DNA of 64,000 nucleotides from an uncultured Candidatus Saccharibacteria bacterium (GTDB lineage Bacteria; Patescibacteriota; Saccharimonadia; Saccharimonadales; AWTP1-31): NCBI GenBank assembly GCA_964629815.1, contig CAZVTA010000002.1, positions 130,096 to 194,095 of the forward strand, read 5' to 3'. Shown piece by piece: positions 62,786 to 64,000 of this stretch (position 1 is its first letter; each line of letters starts with the position of its first letter). The notes under the pieces were generated by a model. It saw only the letters and a program-made list of their open reading frames with translations, ran no database searches and was not told where the DNA came from. The position numbers and the translations under genes were made by a program.

Positions 62786-64000
62786 ATGAGAACATTAGCT
62801 AAAGATGTTGCATCGGCAACAAGCAAACAAGTGACAGTAGAGGGTTGGCTGCACAAAAAACGTCTCCTTGGTGGACTAAATTTTATAAACATTCGCGATC
62901 GGTCAGGTTTGGTGCAGATTCTTGTAGAAAAGGGCGAAGAAGTAGAAAAATTGCGTGGCTTGCAAATCGGTACTGTTCTGTCGGTATCGGGGTCTGTATA
63001 TAAAGACGAGCGTGCACCGGGAGGGGCAGAGCTGCACAATCCAGAAATTACGGTTCTCGTGCCCGTAACCGATGAGCCTCCAATTGAAATCGATAAGCCA
63101 CTCAGTCATAAAAGTGAACATCTAGAAACCCTGTTTGATACCAGAACGATTGGGTTACGAAATTTGCAAGAGCAGGCGATTTTTAAAACAAAGTCGGCAG
63201 TATGTGCAGCGGTGCGCGAGTATTTTACCAAACAAGATTTTACCGAAATCCATACGCCCAAGCTGCTTGCCGAAGCGACCGAAGGTGGTGCGGAAGTTTT
63301 CCAGCTCGACTATTTTGGCAAAACCGCAACTCTTGCACAGAGTGCACAGTTCTATAAGCAAATGTTGGTTGGAGTTTTTGAGCGTGTTTTTGAAATTGGC
63401 TCAACCTACCGGGCGGAACTGAGCGCAACAACACGACATATGTCTGAGTTTTTGACTATTGATGCTGAGATTGGTTTTGTTGATTTTGACCAACTCTTAA
63501 ACACTGCAGGCGAGCTCTTGATTCATGTGGTGGACAGTACCTGGAAGACACATGAAAGCGCATTTAAAACTTGGAACGTGCCTAAAGCAAAGCTGCCCGA
63601 AATAGCGACAGATATACCCCGGCTTACTATCGACGAAATTCACGAGATGTTCCTAAAGGCAACCAAAGAAGATCATACGAGCGAGGATGATCTAGCCCCA
63701 GCAGAAGAAAAATGGATATGTGAATGGGCTAAGAAGAACAAAGGTAGTGATGCGGTTTTTGTGGTAGGCTGGAGCGCAAAGAGTAAGACATTTAAGTTTT
63801 ATCACAAAGCCGACCCAAGCAATCCAGATATCGCATTAAGAGCCGACTTGTTATTCAGGGGAGTAGAAATTGCGACAATATCTATTCGACAACACGAATA
63901 TGCAATCCTTGTAGACCAACTCAAGACAATGGGCGGTAGCCCAGATGACTCTGGCTATGCGGCGTATCTGAGTGCCTTTAAGTACGGAATGCCACCACAT
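62786..64000 (+). CDS. aspS: Aspartyl-tRNA synthetase, archaeal/eukaryal-like (type 2) form; 3' end beyond window
   Basis: Not in the ORF track because it is open at the window edge. The OB-fold N-domain is VTVEGWLHKKRLLGGLNFINIRDRSGLVQILV. Class II motifs are FTEIHTPKL, FEIGSTYRAE and YGMPPH at the window end. Confidence 0.8.
   Translation, partial: MRTLAKDVASATSKQVTVEGWLHKKRLLGGLNFINIRDRSGLVQILVEKGEEVEKLRGLQIGTVLSVSGSVYKDERAPGGAELHNPEITVLVPVTDEPPIEIDKPLSHKSEHLETLFDTRTIGLRNLQEQAIFKTKSAVCAAVREYFTKQDFTEIHTPKLLAEATEGGAEVFQLDYFGKTATLAQSAQFYKQMLVGVFERVFEIGSTYRAELSATTRHMSEFLTIDAEIGFVDFDQLLNTAGELLIHVVDSTWKTHESAFKTWNVPKAKLPEIATDIPRLTIDEIHEMFLKATKEDHTSEDDLAPAEEKWICEWAKKNKGSDAVFVVGWSAKSKTFKFYHKADPSNPDIALRADLLFRGVEIATISIRQHEYAILVDQLKTMGGSPDDSGYAAYLSAFKYGMPPH

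Overview
The window reads as the replication-origin neighbourhood of a small, monoderm-like bacterial chromosome. It has recF-dnaN-dnaA on the minus strand diverging from rpmH-rnpA-yidC-jag on the plus strand. A sortase, an LCP ligase, a short YidC and TagG/TagH-like ABC exporters fit a CPR/Saccharibacteria-like or Gram-positive-like organism; that taxonomic placement is inference only. Three blocks stand out. (1) 3.2-17.4 kb holds a compact type IV secretion (T4SS)-like locus. Five tandem VirB2-like pilin paralogs, one of them a fused double pilin, face a VirB6-like giant membrane protein and a PrgI/VirB3-like protein. These are followed by a VirB4 apparently split into an N-domain ORF plus an ATPase ORF, a 900-aa anchored orphan, a lysozyme+CHAP hydrolase and a 246-aa anchored orphan. 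No coupling protein, relaxase or integrase is visible, and the locus abuts recF. (2) 23.4-53.9 kb is a roughly 30 kb cell-envelope glycan superlocus. It carries GDP-mannose, GDP-6-deoxyhexose and UDP-xylose supply genes, a ColD-like His-for-Lys 3-dehydratase and many GT4/GT2 transferases. It also has Wzm/Wzt-like ABC export, a Wzx-like flippase, a Wzy_C/ligase-like protein, GtrA/GtrB/GT-C-like parts, a priming phosphotransferase and LCP. (3) Several small unannotated elements are present. A 68-codon ORF lies between two tRNA-Ser genes, and its internal 15-aa repeat differs only by synonymous changes. There is also rpmH, a 53-aa zinc-ribbon ORF translationally coupled to nadD, and an SD-preceded 29-codon ORF with its own terminator. 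No CRISPR array, transposase or rRNA was seen. All family calls come from motif recognition by eye, and no searches were run.
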